Part shown: positions 1 through 12,199 of the stretch, in pieces | Layout of the letters: every line of letters starts with the position of its first letter | Position numbering within the stretch: position 1 is the first letter of the stretch | Assembly: GCF_964213995.1 (NCBI RefSeq) | Contig: NC_135830.1 | Span: 6,448,001-6,512,000, forward strand | Length of the DNA stretch: 64,000 nucleotides | Origin: Mustelus asterias | Lineage: Eukaryota | Reading direction: 5' to 3' | The notes under the pieces: generated by a model | The model's input: only the letters and a program-made list of their open reading frames with translations | Database searches by the model: none | What the model was told of the DNA's origin: nothing | Position numbers and translations under genes: made by a program

Positions 1-2545
1 TCTCACTCCACTATCACTGCAGGCAGTCCATTCCACACCCCAACCACTCTCTGCATAAAGAACCTACCTCTGATATCCTTCCTATATCTCCCACCATGAA
101 CCCTATAGTTATGCCCCCTTGTAATAGCTCCATCCACCCGAGGAAATAGTCTTTGAACGTTCACTCTATCTATCCCCTTCATCATTTTATAAACCTCTAT
201 TAAGTCTCCCCTCAGCCTCCTCCACTCCAGAGAGAACAGCCCTAGCTCCCTCAACCTTTCCTCATAAGACCTATCCTCCAAACCAGGCAGCATCCTGGTA
301 AATCTCCTCTGCACTCTTTCCAGCGATTCCACATCCTTCTTAGAGTGAGGTGACCAGAACTGCACACAATATTCCAAATGTGGTCTCACCAAGGTCCCGT
401 ACAGTTGCAGCATAACCCCACGGCTCTTAAACTCCAACCCCTTGTTAATAAAAGCGAACACACTATAGGCCTTCTTCACAGCTCTATCCACTTGAGTGGC
501 AACCTTTAGAGATCTGTGGATATGGACCCCAAGATCTCTCTGTTCCTCCACAGTCTTCAGAACCCTACCTTTGACTCTGTAATCCACATGTAAATTAGTC
601 CTCCCAAAATGAATCACCTCACATTTATCAGGGTTAAACTCCATTTGCCATTTTTCAGCCCAGCTTTGCATCCTATCTATGTCTCTTTGCAGTCTACAAC
701 AGCCCTCCACCTCATCCACTACTCCACCAATCTTATAAGAACATAATAAGAACATAAGAAATAGGAGCAGGAGCAGGCCATCCAGCCCCTCGAGCCCGCC
801 CCGCCATTCAATAAGATCATGGCTGATCTGACGTGGATCAGTACCACTTACCCGCCTGATCCCCATAACCCTTAATTCCCTTACCGATCAGGAATCCATC
901 CATCCGCGCTTTAAACATATTCAGCGAGGTAGCCTCCACCACCTCAGTGGGCAGAGAATTCCAGAGATTCACCACCCTCTGGGAGAGGAAGTTCCTCCTC
1001 AACTCTGTCTTAAACCGACCCCCCTTTATTTTGAGGCTGTGTCCTCTAGTTTTAACTTCCTTACTAAGTGGAAAGAATCTCTCCGCCTCCACCCTATCCA
1101 GCCCCCGCATTATCTTATAAGTCTCCATAAGATCCCCCCTCATCCTTCTAAACTCCAACGAGTACAAACCCAATCTCTTCAGCCTCTCCTCATAATCCAA
1201 ACCCCTCATCTCCGGTATCAACCTGGTGAACCTTCTCTGCACTCCCTCCAATGCCAATATATCCTTCCTCATATAAGGGGACCAATACTGCACACAGTAT
1301 TCCAGCTGCGGCCTCACCAATGCCCTGTACAGGTGCATCAAGACATCCCTGCTTTTATATTCTATCCCCTTCGCAATATAGGCCAACATCCCATTTGCCT
1401 TCTTGATCACCTGTTGTACCTGCAGACTGGGCTTTTGCGTCTCATGCACAAGGACCCCCAGGTCCCTTTGCACGGTGTCATCAGCAAATGTACTGATCCA
1501 CCCTTCAGCCCCCTCCTCTAAGTCATTAATAAAAATCACAAAGAGCAGAGGACCAAGCACTGGTCCCTGTGGCACTCCGCTAGCAACCTGCCTCCAATCC
1601 AAAAATTTTCCATCCACCACATCGATCAGACAGCCAGTTACTTATCCAATCGGCCAACTTTCCCTCTATCCCACACCTCCTCACTTTCATCATAAGCCGA
1701 CCATGGGGGACCTTATCAAACGCCTTAGTAAAATCCATGTATATGACATCAACTGCCCTACCTTCATCAACACACTTAGTTACCTCTTCAAAAGATTCTA
1801 TCAAATTTGTGAGGCACGACTTGCCCTTCACGAATCCGTGCTGACTATCCCGGATTAATCCGCATCTTTCTAAATGGTCGTAAATCCCATCCCTAAGGAC
1901 CTCTTTCATCAATTTACCAACCACCGAAGTAAGATTAACCGGTCTATAATTACCAGGGTCATTTCTATTCCCTTTCTTAAACAGAGGAACAACATTCCCA
2001 ACTCTCCAATTCTCTGGCACCATCCCCGTGGACAGTGAGGACCCAAAGATCAAAGCCAAAGTCTCTGCAATCTCATCCCTTGCCTCCCAAAGAATCCTAG
2101 GATATATTTCATCAGGCCCAGGGGACTTATCGACCTTCAGTTTACTCAAAACTGCCAGGACATCCTCCCTCCGAACATCTATTTCCTCCAGCCTATTAGC
2201 CTGTAACACCTTCTCTTCCTCAAAAACATGGCCCCTCTCCTTGGTGAACACTGAAGAAAAGTATTCATTCATCACCTCGCCTATCTCTACTGACTCCATA
2301 CACAAGTTCCCACGACTGTCCTTGACTGGCCCTAACCTCACCCTGGTCATTCTTTTATTCCTCACAAAAGAGTAAAAAGCCTTGGGGTTTTCCTTGATCC
2401 GACCCGCCAAGGACTTCTCATGTCCCCTCCTAGCTCTCCTAAGCCCCTTTTCAGCTTGTTCCTTGCTAACTTGTAACCCTCAATCGAGCCATCTGAACCT
2501 TGTTTCCTCATCCCTACATAAGCTTCCCTCTTCCTTTTCATATTT
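1..2545 (-). mobile_element. CR1-clade LINE, 5'-truncated, decayed ORF2 (RT), interrupted by a nested CR1 at 735-1473
   Basis: ORFs 1580..2410 (KSPGPD, NYRPVNLTS, QHGFVKGKSCLTNL, YMDFTKAFDKVPH), 838..1620 (GVPQG..LGPLLF, FADDT) and 3..866 (KIGGVVD...RPHLEYCVQFWSP) are collinear CR1 RT motifs. Confidence 0.93.
735..1473 (-). mobile_element. Nested 3' fragment of a second CR1 subfamily with (TTCTTATG)n-like tail
   Basis: Encodes VQRDLGVLVH...RPQLEYCVQYWSP...GIKGYG plus 3' UTR and tail; splits the host exactly between FADDT and KIGGVV. Confidence 0.88.
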
Positions 2546-3047
2546 TCATATTTCTTTTCACATTTCATACCTTTGCATATTTTGTTCCAGGCACATTGTG
2601 AATTCTCAGTACATATACAGTAAGGCACTTTATAATTACCTTAACTTAGTCAATTTATTTTAGTAAAAATGAAATGAAGGGTCTCATACTAGGAATTCTA
2701 TATCACCCCCCATCAGTCCGTGATTGCAGAAACTGAGCAGTCACAGGAATGTGGTTAAGATAGTCCAGTCCCACAATGCCTCACATTCAATCTGCAGTCC
2801 TTCAATTATAACAGAATATGTGGCTGTATGTAGCTGCCTCGGCCGTGGTCAACCCCAACACTGCCTTCCTGAACTGCTACAATGCCTGAGGTGTAAGTAC
2901 ACCCACAGTGCTGTTAGGGAGGGATTTCCAGCTACAAATCCAGACTTTAACTGAACTGTAGGTGGATACCAGATTGATATATTCCATTCAACCACACCCA
3001 AGATGAATTGTTCAAATTCCTTTATTGTCCAGGACAATATATTCACA

Positions 3048-3405
3048 ATCATAGAAATCATAGAAATCATGGAAATCCTACAGTACAGAAAGAGGCCATT
3101 CAGCCCATCGAGTTTGCATCGACCACAATCCCACCCAGGCCCTACCCCCATATCCCTACATATTGTACCCACTAATCCCTCTAATCTACGCATCCCAGGA
3201 CACTAAGGGGCAATTTTAGCATGGCCAATCAACCTAACCCGCACATCTTTGGACTGTGGGAAGAAACCGGAGCACCCGGAGGAAACCCACGCAGACACGG
3301 GGAGAATGTGCAAACTCCGCACAGACAGTGACCCAAGCCGGGAATTGAACCCAGGTCCCTGGAGCTGTGAAGCAGCAGTGCTAACCACTGTGCTACCGTG
3401 CCGCC
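3048..3405 (-). mobile_element. HE1-type tRNA-derived V-SINE
   Basis: Reverse complement begins GGCGGCACGGTAGCACAGTGGTTAGC (A box), GGTTCAATTCC (B box), central GGTTTCCTCCGGGTGCTCCGG, tail (TTTCTATGA)n. Confidence 0.9.
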
Positions 3406-3489
3406 AATCTCTTTCAAACAGAAATTAAACATTCCATTTGATTTCAGGTATTAACATATTCTGTTAGTTTGTTCTTTATTGTCGATGTC

Positions 3490-3790
3490 AGGCTGGGGTT
3501 GTTCCCCTTGGAGCAAAGGAGGTTGAGGGGAGATTTGATAGAGGTGGACAAGATTCTGACAGGTTGAGATAAGGTGGACAAAGAAAAGCTGTTCTCATTA
3601 GCTGATGAGACAAGGACGAGGGGGCGCAGATTTAAGGTTTTGGGTCAGAGATGGGGGTGGGGGGGGGGGGATGTGAGGAAGAATATTTTGATGCAGCGAA
3701 TGGTAATGACCTGGAACTCGCTGCCTACGAGGGTGGAGGAAGTGGAGACAATAAACAATTACAAAGGAAATTGGACGGGCACTGGGAGGT
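3490..3790 (+). mobile_element. Old CR1 3' fragment; inverted copy at ~11040-11340
   Basis: Remnant LEQRRLRGDLIEV...QRMVMTWNSLP, duplicated together with the ZNF 3' flank. Confidence 0.75.
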
Positions 3791-4050
3791 TTCAAACAAA
3801 AATGCTGACTAAATATCTCTGAACTTCCTCACACCCGGTCACTCTGTGATCCTTGTGAAATTTAAAACCAGGTATTCGCAACAAGACTCAAAGAGCATCA
3901 GCCCACTGGAGGCCAAGTTGTGAGACCGGCCAGTCCAGCAGAAAGAAACCCTCCGACCCTCCCCATTGACCAACTGTGAGAATGAACAAAATACAGTCCT
4001 GGATGTAATTGAGAGCAGAAACAATAACAGCAGAATCCAATCCCTGGAAT

Positions 4051-4544
<494 letters not shown>

Positions 4545-5450
4545 GGTGCGGGTGTCCTTGTGACTCTCCAGGTTAAACAATCAGTTCAATCTCACACAGA
4601 ACACGGGTACAGTCTCTCCCCACTGTGAATGCTGCGATGTATTTTCAGGCTGTGTAACTGTTTAAAGCTCTTTCCACAGTCAGTGCACTGGAACACTCTC
4701 ACTCGGGTATATGTGTGTCACGGCATCTTTCCAGTCACATTTCTGCAAAGAAAAAGTCTGAAGCAGACAGAACAGAAAAATATTTCACCTTTTCGATTGA
4801 AAGGCCGATGGTATTCAGGTCCAGATGAACTGAATGACTGTCAGAATTTGACATGACATTTGTTCGAGATTTCTGTCTGTCAATCCTCACCTTCTCATAT
4901 TCTGTGAAAGGAGTTTACAAAAGTCATCACTGTCAGCACAGATTAGAAATTCAGAACAGACAATTCTAGTTTCTATGGAACATTCTTTCCTCTCTCATTC
5001 CCCAAAAGCTGTGAATCTCCATCCCACACACTCTCCCTCCATTCTCACTCTGCTGTATCTAATATTCACCCTCCCAATTCTCCTGAAGGTGCTGATTGAG
5101 GCTGATTGACAGATCCATGCTCACTGCTTCCTGCCCTGGACACAGAGAGCTGAAAATCTCCATGCAGGCGGCCAGACAGATCTATGTCTCTATTACAGGA
5201 CTAAAAATATGTTTAATGGATAGAATTGTTTCAGTTGGCTAAGATACAGGGGGCTACAATTGATCATGATCTTGAACTGCTTGTGAGGGTAGTCAAGCAG
5301 AGATGATCAATAACTTGGAAATGAAATTGGAGTTGCTGCAGAATGGGATCCACTCGACACTGACAGTGAGTCGGCATTAACCCGAGTGGTCCAATGGATT
5401 CCTTCTGTGCTGTAATGACTCTATTACTGGAAATATATCACGTAGCTACA

Positions 5451-6062
5451 TGTTAGGGCTCAGGTTAGAAACTCCAAAATGTTTTATGGAACCCGCCTGA
5501 ATCATACGTTTTACATCTTGAATTTGGCATGAAATGTTTCACTTCAGGTATGATTCAAATGACCCACCTTTTCACAAAGTTTACTTAAGAATATAGTTAA
5601 CATGTTTAGTAAGAAAATTAGCAAGAACTTTTAGCAATTACAAACAAAACAAAACAACAAAGATAATGCCTAACCCATCAACAGCAGAATATTTTCTTCA
5701 GGAAGGCAAGACCTGGCTTTCAGATAACCAACAGAATTTCCAAATAAAACGGGAGAGAAAGCGAGAGAGACGTCTCTTTTCAGCGTGATGCCCCTTCTAA
5801 AACTAAACTGCATCTCAGAACTGAAAATGAAAGAACTTCTGTCACCTGACCTGCAACCAGTTTTTTATCCACAAATCCCAAAGTAAAAACAAACAACCTC
5901 TATGTAAGCCACTTAAGGAGCAAATACAGGACTCTTTGTAGACAAGCCGGTGCCATAATGTAAAAAAAAACTGAAAGGTTTATTTACAACAGCAGGATCA
6001 TGATTTTGAGATTAAAAAATTTGTAAAGAAACACTAATGTCAGACGACCGTACGATATTACA
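5451..6062. mobile_element. ~610 bp insertion, possibly a solo LTR
   Basis: Absent from the paralogous intron at ~21360-21380, whose flanks align on both sides; starts TGTTAGG, ends ...TTACA; TSD unclear. Confidence 0.4.
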
Positions 6063-6568
6063 GATTAGAAATAATAATAAATGGACATTACTGCAGAACC
6101 ATACATGTCTAATCTTGCCATATGACAATACTGAACATATCTCTAACCTATATTAATTTACAGTCCCCTTAAATGTCAGATATTTCCTGGGGAAACCAGC
6201 CCTTTAATTGTGAACATTAGGAAAGGGACCTTTGAGCCAGACAAATCAATGTGTCAAGCTGAGGGAGCAAGGGATGTCAATGTCTTTAACACAGAGAGAC
6301 CTGGGCCAACCTTTCCACAATCTGCACCCTCCCTGGATTCACTTCCTTTCCCTTCAGTTGCTGCAAGTCCCCAATTTCCCCCAGAATGAGAAAAGCAATG
6401 GAAAGGTGGAGAAAACAAAGTGTTTTACTCACAGATGTTGGAACAGGAGGAAGTTTCAGTCTGTCTGATGCCCTATCGTCATTCACGCGAAAAACCCACG
6501 CTCTGATTGGCTGGAAAACCTGAGGCCTTCCGGTCCTCCAACTCTTCTCATTGGCCAGAGCTGGAGAT

Positions 6569-6716
6569 CATGATGTGGAGATGCCGGCGTTGGACTGGGG
6601 TAAACACAGTAAGAAGTTTAACAACACCAGGTTAAAGTCCAACAGGTTTATTTGGTAGCAAAAGCCACACAAGCTTTCGAGGCTCTGAGCCCCTTCTTCA
6701 GGTGAGTGGGAATTCT
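6569..6716 (-). mobile_element. Penelope-like element 3' end / pseudo-LTR fragment
   Basis: Same tail (GCTACCAAATAAACC..GGACTTTAACCTGGTGTTG..CCAGTCCAACGCCGGCATCTCCACATCA) as the GIY-YIG-encoding copy at 37446-37866. Confidence 0.8.
6668..6704 (-). ncRNA. Minimal type I hammerhead ribozyme motif (Penelope-associated)
   Basis: CAC-CUGAAGA-A-GGGGCUCAGAGCCUC-GAAA-GC-UU-GUG: core CUGANGA and GAAA, stem II hairpin, stem I CAC/GUG, palindromic AAGCUU. Confidence 0.7.
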
Positions 6717-7273
6717 GGAGAGACAGTGAATCAAAATTGCGCATGTGCGAGTTTTTAGGGTGAATGCGCATGTGCGGGTGTGGGGCGGGGCCCGGACAAA
6801 GCCGGCGCAGTGACCATTGTCTGTCCGGGTCTTCCAGCCTTTCCCATTGGACAACAGCTCAGCGCGGCTGGAGGGCAAAGTCCCGCCCACCCCCACGTGG
6901 GGCTCCGCCCCTCATTGTCTGTCTGCGGGGGATTGACCAATGGGAACTCCGGAGGACCGGAAGGACTCTGCTCCGGTCGCTGCCTCTCACAGGCTCTGGC
7001 CAATGGGCATTCTGGAGGACCGGAAGGATTCTGGTCCCCCAGCCAATCAAAGCTCCTCCATTGCCTGAATGCGGAAGTTGCACAATGAGCTTGTTCAGCT
7101 GCTCATTCCGGCCCAGCAAAGCTGCTGCTTCTCTTTCTGAATGAAGATTGAGCTTCAGACAGACTCAAACTTCCTCCTGTCTCTCCAACATCTGTGAGTA
7201 AAACACTTTCTTTACTCCCCCCTTCCATTCCTTTTTTCATTCTGGGGGGAAACTGTTGATTTGCAGCAACTGA

Positions 7274-9072
7274 TCACGAGAAATAGACGCAGGAGTGGCC
7301 AGCAGGCCCTTCATGGCTGATCTATGCCGGCTTCAACTCCTTTTGTGAGCCTTTTCCCATAGCCCTCTATCCCTCGATCTATCAAACTATTTATCCACCT
7401 CCACTTTAAATACTTATAGTGATCCAGCCTCCACCTGTGGGGCAGAGAATTCCAGACATTCACCACCCTCTGGGGGAAGAAATTTCTGTGCACCTCAGTT
7501 TTAAATGACCGACCATTTAGCTTGTTCGAGACTTCCGCACTTGTAAAAATATCTCACCGTCTATCCTGTCAAGCCCCCCTCAGGATCTAATATTTCAATA
7601 AAGTCACCTCTTTGTCTTCAAAGCTTCAAGGAATACAGACCTAGACAATTTATTCTCTCTTGATAGGACAACCCTCTCACCCAGGAATTTGTCTGGTGAA
7701 TCTCCTTTGGACAACATCCAATGTTACTGTATCCTTGTTTAAGTAAAATCAAAACTACGCAGTATTCCAGGTGAGGCCTCACCAACACAACCCCCCTGTT
7801 TTTAAACTCCAACCCCTTTGCAATAAAGGTCAAAATTCCATTTTTCTTCTTACCTATTGTGGGACCTGCCTGCTAGCATTTTGTGATTCATGTGCAAGAA
7901 CATCCAGATCCCTCTGTACTTCACTCACCTGCAGTGCCGTTCCATGTAGATAATCTCCCTTTTGATTTCTACATGACCTCCCACTTCCCCACATTAAACT
8001 TCATTTGCCAGGTTTTCATCACAATCTATCTATATCCCACTGCAGAATCAAAATATCCTCATCACAACATGTCCTTCCACCTATCTTTGAATCATTTGGA
8101 AACCTTACATTCTGTTCCTTCCTCCAGGTCATTAATTGAATCATGAATTGCAGGCCAAGAACTGATCCAAGTGGTACTCCACTGGTTACATCTTTCCACT
8201 CTGAAAATGACCCATTTATTCCAACTCTCTGTTTTCTATGTGACGGCCAGTTTTCAATCCATGCTAACACACTTCCACCAATTCCATGGACCTTTACTTT
8301 ATGCACCAGCCTCTTATGTGGCACCTTGACAAATGCCTTTTGGAAATCATAGAATCCCTAGATTGCAGAAGGGGGTCATTTGGCCCATCGAGCCTGCACC
8401 AACTTTCCAACAGAGTATCTTTCCGAGGCCCTATCTCAACCCCACATTTTTACCCCACTAATCCCCCTAATCTACACATTTTAGAACATGAAGGGTCAAT
8501 TTAGCATAGCCAATCCACCTAACTTGCATATCTTTGGAATGTAGAAGAAACCAGAGCACCCGAAGGAAACCTACTCAGACACGGGGAGAATGTGCAAATT
8601 CCACACAGACTGTCACCCGAGGCCGAAATTGAAGCTGCATCCCTCGCGCTGTGAAGCAACAGTGCTAACCACTGTGCCGCCGTACCACCCTCTCTAAATA
8701 CACTACATCTACAGAATGAACTCGATCTACTCTTCCTCTTGCATTCTCAAAGAAATTGAGCAAATTTGTCGAACATGATTTATCTTTCTGAGAACCATGT
8801 TGCCTTAGTTTGATTATATTCAGCTTTCCTAAATGATTAGCTATTTCCTCTTTGATTATTGACTCCAGCTTCTTGCCAATAATAGATGTTAAATTAACTG
8901 GCCAATAGTTCCCTGCCTTCTGCCTTTTTGACCAAGGGAATCACATTGGCTGATTTCCAATCTTCTGATACTCTCCCGGAATCTAGCAAGTTAAGAAAAA
9001 TTTCAACAAAATTCTCCATTATCTCTTCAGCAACCACCATTAAAAGGCTAGCGTGCAGTTCATTGGATCCTG
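7274..9072 (-). mobile_element. Decayed CR1 LINE in intron of ZNF gene 2, flanked by 8-bp TSD GCAACTGA
   Basis: RT remnants (PHKRLVHKV..WIENW..GVPLGSVLG, RPHLEYCV); GCAACTGA at 7266-7273 and 9073-9080; paralog at ~6340-6365 shows the empty site. Confidence 0.85.
8347..8690 (-). mobile_element. Older HE1-related SINE nested in CR1
   Basis: Degenerate tRNA head (CGGCACAGTGGTTAGCAC), V core and TTCTATGA tail. Confidence 0.8.
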
Positions 9073-9968
9073 GCAACTGAAGGGAAAGGAAGTGAATCCA
9101 GTCTGTTCATTCCACACATTGTTAGTCCAGTCATAGAGACATATATCTGTCTGGCAGCCTGCATGGAGATTCTGAGCTCTCTATGTCCAAGACACGAACC
9201 AGTGAGCATGGATCTGTCAATCAGCCTCAATCAGCACCTTCAGGAGAATTGGGAGGGTGAATATTAGATAAAGCAGAGTGAGAATGGAGGGAGAGTGTGT
9301 GGGATGGAGATTCACAGCTTTTGGGGATGAGAGAGAAAAGAATGTTCATTAGAATCATAGAATTCCTACATCTTATCAGCCATCCCTGAGCCATCATAAT
9401 GAATCCCTCTTCTGAGAACACCCTTATCTCTGACTTGTCTGTACTGCTGGCAGTCTCACAAAGCAGCTGCCTGTGTGCTGATACGAGAAGCCCTGCTGGG
9501 CAAGTTTAATGCTCCATGACTGTGTCTTTAAAGAATGTTCCATAGAAACTAGAATTGACTTATTTGAATTTTGATCATGTACTGAATTGTGATGTTTTTC
9601 TTAAATTGAATTACAGGATATTAGATGAGGAGAAATCACAGACAGAAATCTAAAATGTCAGATCTGGATCTGACAGAGTGACTCGATTCCTTGGGACCTG
9701 AATATCATCAGGCTCTAAATCTAGAAGGAGAAATGTTTGCCCGGTCTATCAGCTTCCGAAGATTTTAAACATCGCTGTGACGAGAAATGCACTGAGACAC
9801 ACACAGCCAAGTGAGAGTGTTCCAGTGAACTGAGTGTGGAAAGAACTTTAACCAGTTACACAGCCTGAAAATACATCGCAGCATTCACAGTGGGGAGAGA
9901 CTGTACCCGTGTTCTGTGTGAGATTTAACTGATTGTTTAACCTGGAGAGTCACAAGGACACCCGCACC

Positions 9969-10811
9969 ATGGAGAAACCATGGAAATGTGGGGACTGTGG
10001 GAAGAGATACAGATTCCCATCATATCTCGAAGCTCATCGGCGCATTCACACTGGAGAGAGGCCATTCACTTGCCCTTGGTGTGGGATGGGATTCAGTATT
10101 GTAGCCACCCTGCAGAGACACCAACGAATTCACACTGGGGAGAGGCCGTTCACTTGCTCTCAGTGTGGGAAGGCATTCGCTCACGCATCCACCCTACAGG
10201 CACACCAGCGAGTTCACACTGGGGAGAGGCCATTCACCTGCACTGTATGTGGGAAGGGATACACTCAATTATCCAGCCTGCAGTCACACCAGCGAGTTCA
10301 CACTGGGGAGAGACCGTTCACCTGCTCTCAGTGTGGGAAGGGATTCGGTCATGCAACCACCCTGCAGGCACACCAGCGAGTTCACACTGGGGAGAGACCG
10401 TTCACCTGCTCTGTATGTGAGAAGGAGTTCACTCGGCTATCTAGCCTGCAGGTACATCAGCGAGTTCACACCGGGGTGAGACCATTCACCTGCTCTCAAT
10501 GTGGGAAGGGATTCAATGATTTATATGCCCTGCAAACACACCAGCGAGTTCACACTGGAGAGAAACCATTCACCTGCTCTCAGTGTGGGAAGGGATTCAC
10601 TCAGTTATGCAACCTGCATACACACCAGCGAGTTCATACTGGGGAGAGACCATTCTGCTGCACTCAATGTGGGAAGGTATACAGAGATTCATCCACCCTG
10701 CGGACACACCAGCGAGTTCACACCGGGGAGAGGCCATTCACCTGCTCTGTGTGTGAGAAGGGATTCAGAGTTTCATCCAGCCTGCTGAGACACCAGCGAG
10801 TTCACAAGTGA
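9969..10811 (+). CDS. Tandem C2H2 zinc-finger protein (gene 2), 10 fingers, 280 aa, no effector domain
   Basis: Kozak-like ACCATGG start; 10 CxxC-x12-HxxxH fingers with TGERP linkers; acceptor TTACAG at 9616 upstream. Confidence 0.92.
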   Translation: MEKPWKCGDCGKRYRFPSYLEAHRRIHTGERPFTCPWCGMGFSIVATLQRHQRIHTGERPFTCSQCGKAFAHASTLQAHQRVHTGERPFTCTVCGKGYTQLSSLQSHQRVHTGERPFTCSQCGKGFGHATTLQAHQRVHTGERPFTCSVCEKEFTRLSSLQVHQRVHTGVRPFTCSQCGKGFNDLYALQTHQRVHTGEKPFTCSQCGKGFTQLCNLHTHQRVHTGERPFCCTQCGKVYRDSSTLRTHQRVHTGERPFTCSVCEKGFRVSSSLLRHQRVHK

Positions 10812-11430
10812 TTCCAGGGGTTGGATTCTGCTGTTACAATTCAGCTCTCAAATACGTCCAGGACTGCGTTTTGTTCATTCTCACAGATGGTCAACCGGTC
10901 GCACGATTTTGCCTCCAGTGGGCTGATGCTCTTTGATTCTTGCTGCTAAAAACCTGTTTTCAAATTTCACAAGGATCAGAGCGACAGGGTGTTGAGAAGT
11001 TCAGAGATATTTAGTCAGCATTTCTGTTTGAAACCCTCCAAATGCCCATCCAATTTCCTTTGTAATTGTTTATTGTCTCCACTTCCTCCACCCTCGTAGG
11101 CAGCGAGTTCCAGGTCATTACCATTCACTGCATCAAAATATTCTTCCTCACATCCCCCCCCCCCCCCTCACCCCCCACATCTCTGATCCAAAACCATAAA
11201 TCTGTGACCCCCTCATCCTTGTCCCTTCAGCGAATGGGAACTGCTTTTCTTTGTCCACCTTATCTAAACCTGTCAGAATCTTGTCCACCTCGATCAAATC
11301 TCCCCTCAACCTCCTTTGCTCCAAGAGGAACAACCCCAGCCTGACATTGACAATAAAGAACAAACTAACAGAATATGTTAATACCTGAAATCAAATGGGA
11401 ATGTTTAATTTCTGTTTTAAAGATTTGGAC

Positions 11431-11926
11431 TGTAAGAGTGAATTAATGGATTTGGTGGGGGGTGGGGGGTGGGTAGATTTAACTCTCTCACCCCTCACTC
11501 ATTAGAGTAAAATCACAGGCTGATCAATTGCTAATACCTCAAGGTGCTGACATCAGCAGACTTGCCAGCAAGGTTGTTTACTTTCTAGAAAAACAGACCA
11601 CTTTCTCACAAACGTTTGAGTGAAGGTTTAAGAACTGCCTACGTCGGCAAGATTGGAATTTTAAATGTTCTGTGTATTGAATAACTGTGTAAGCTGTCTG
11701 TATCTGTGACTTGGAGCTGAGAGTTGTATTAGAATGATGTCTCTGTGATTACTCTGTTCGAGAGCTGTGTCAGAGCTGTGACTTTGAGCTGTGAGAGCTG
11801 TATCACAGGAGGGTGATCTTCCAGAGCTTTCTCTGGGGTAGTTCCCTCCAGGCTTGAAGCATGAATAAACTATTGTAACATGTTCCTGGGTCTCCTGTGG
11901 TTAGTTGGAAGAAGTACATCACAACA
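11431..11926 (+). mobile_element. Solo LTR with 4-bp TSD (GGAC)
   Basis: TG...CA termini (TGTAAG...CAACA), GGAC on both sides (11427-11430, 11927-11930), internal AATAAA; the paralogous site near 3030 lacks it. Confidence 0.75.
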
Positions 11927-12199
11927 GGACAATAAGGGAATTGGAATAACTCACCTTGGATGTGGTTGAATGGAATATATCAATCTGGTATCCACCCACA
12001 CTCTAGTAAAAGTCTGGAATGTGTAGATGGGATGAATAAGTTGATCACTTTCTCTTGGTGATATTTACATCTTTGTTCATGAACTTTGTTTTAAGGAAAT
12101 CCACATTTGAAAGCCCGGCCACTCCATGAAATATCAGCACCATAACAGGGGGAGATAAGAAAGACAGACACTCACTTTGGTCATTTCATGAGCACATCT

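Larger units (their letters stand above)
6480..7199. promoter_or_regulatory. CpG-rich bidirectional promoter for ZNF genes 1 and 2, with non-coding first exons
   Basis: TGCGCATGTGCG NRF1-like sites (~6738, ~6765), GGGGCGGGG GC box, several CCAAT boxes, CCGGAAG ETS-like cores; mirrored donors ACATCT|GTGAGT at 7194 (+) and 6432 (-). Confidence 0.7.

Noticed and set aside
1039-1521. Plus-strand ORFs over CR1 fragments (also 1403, 2028; minus-strand 47579, 49435, 50231)
   Set aside because: Antisense shadows of LINE coding sequence.
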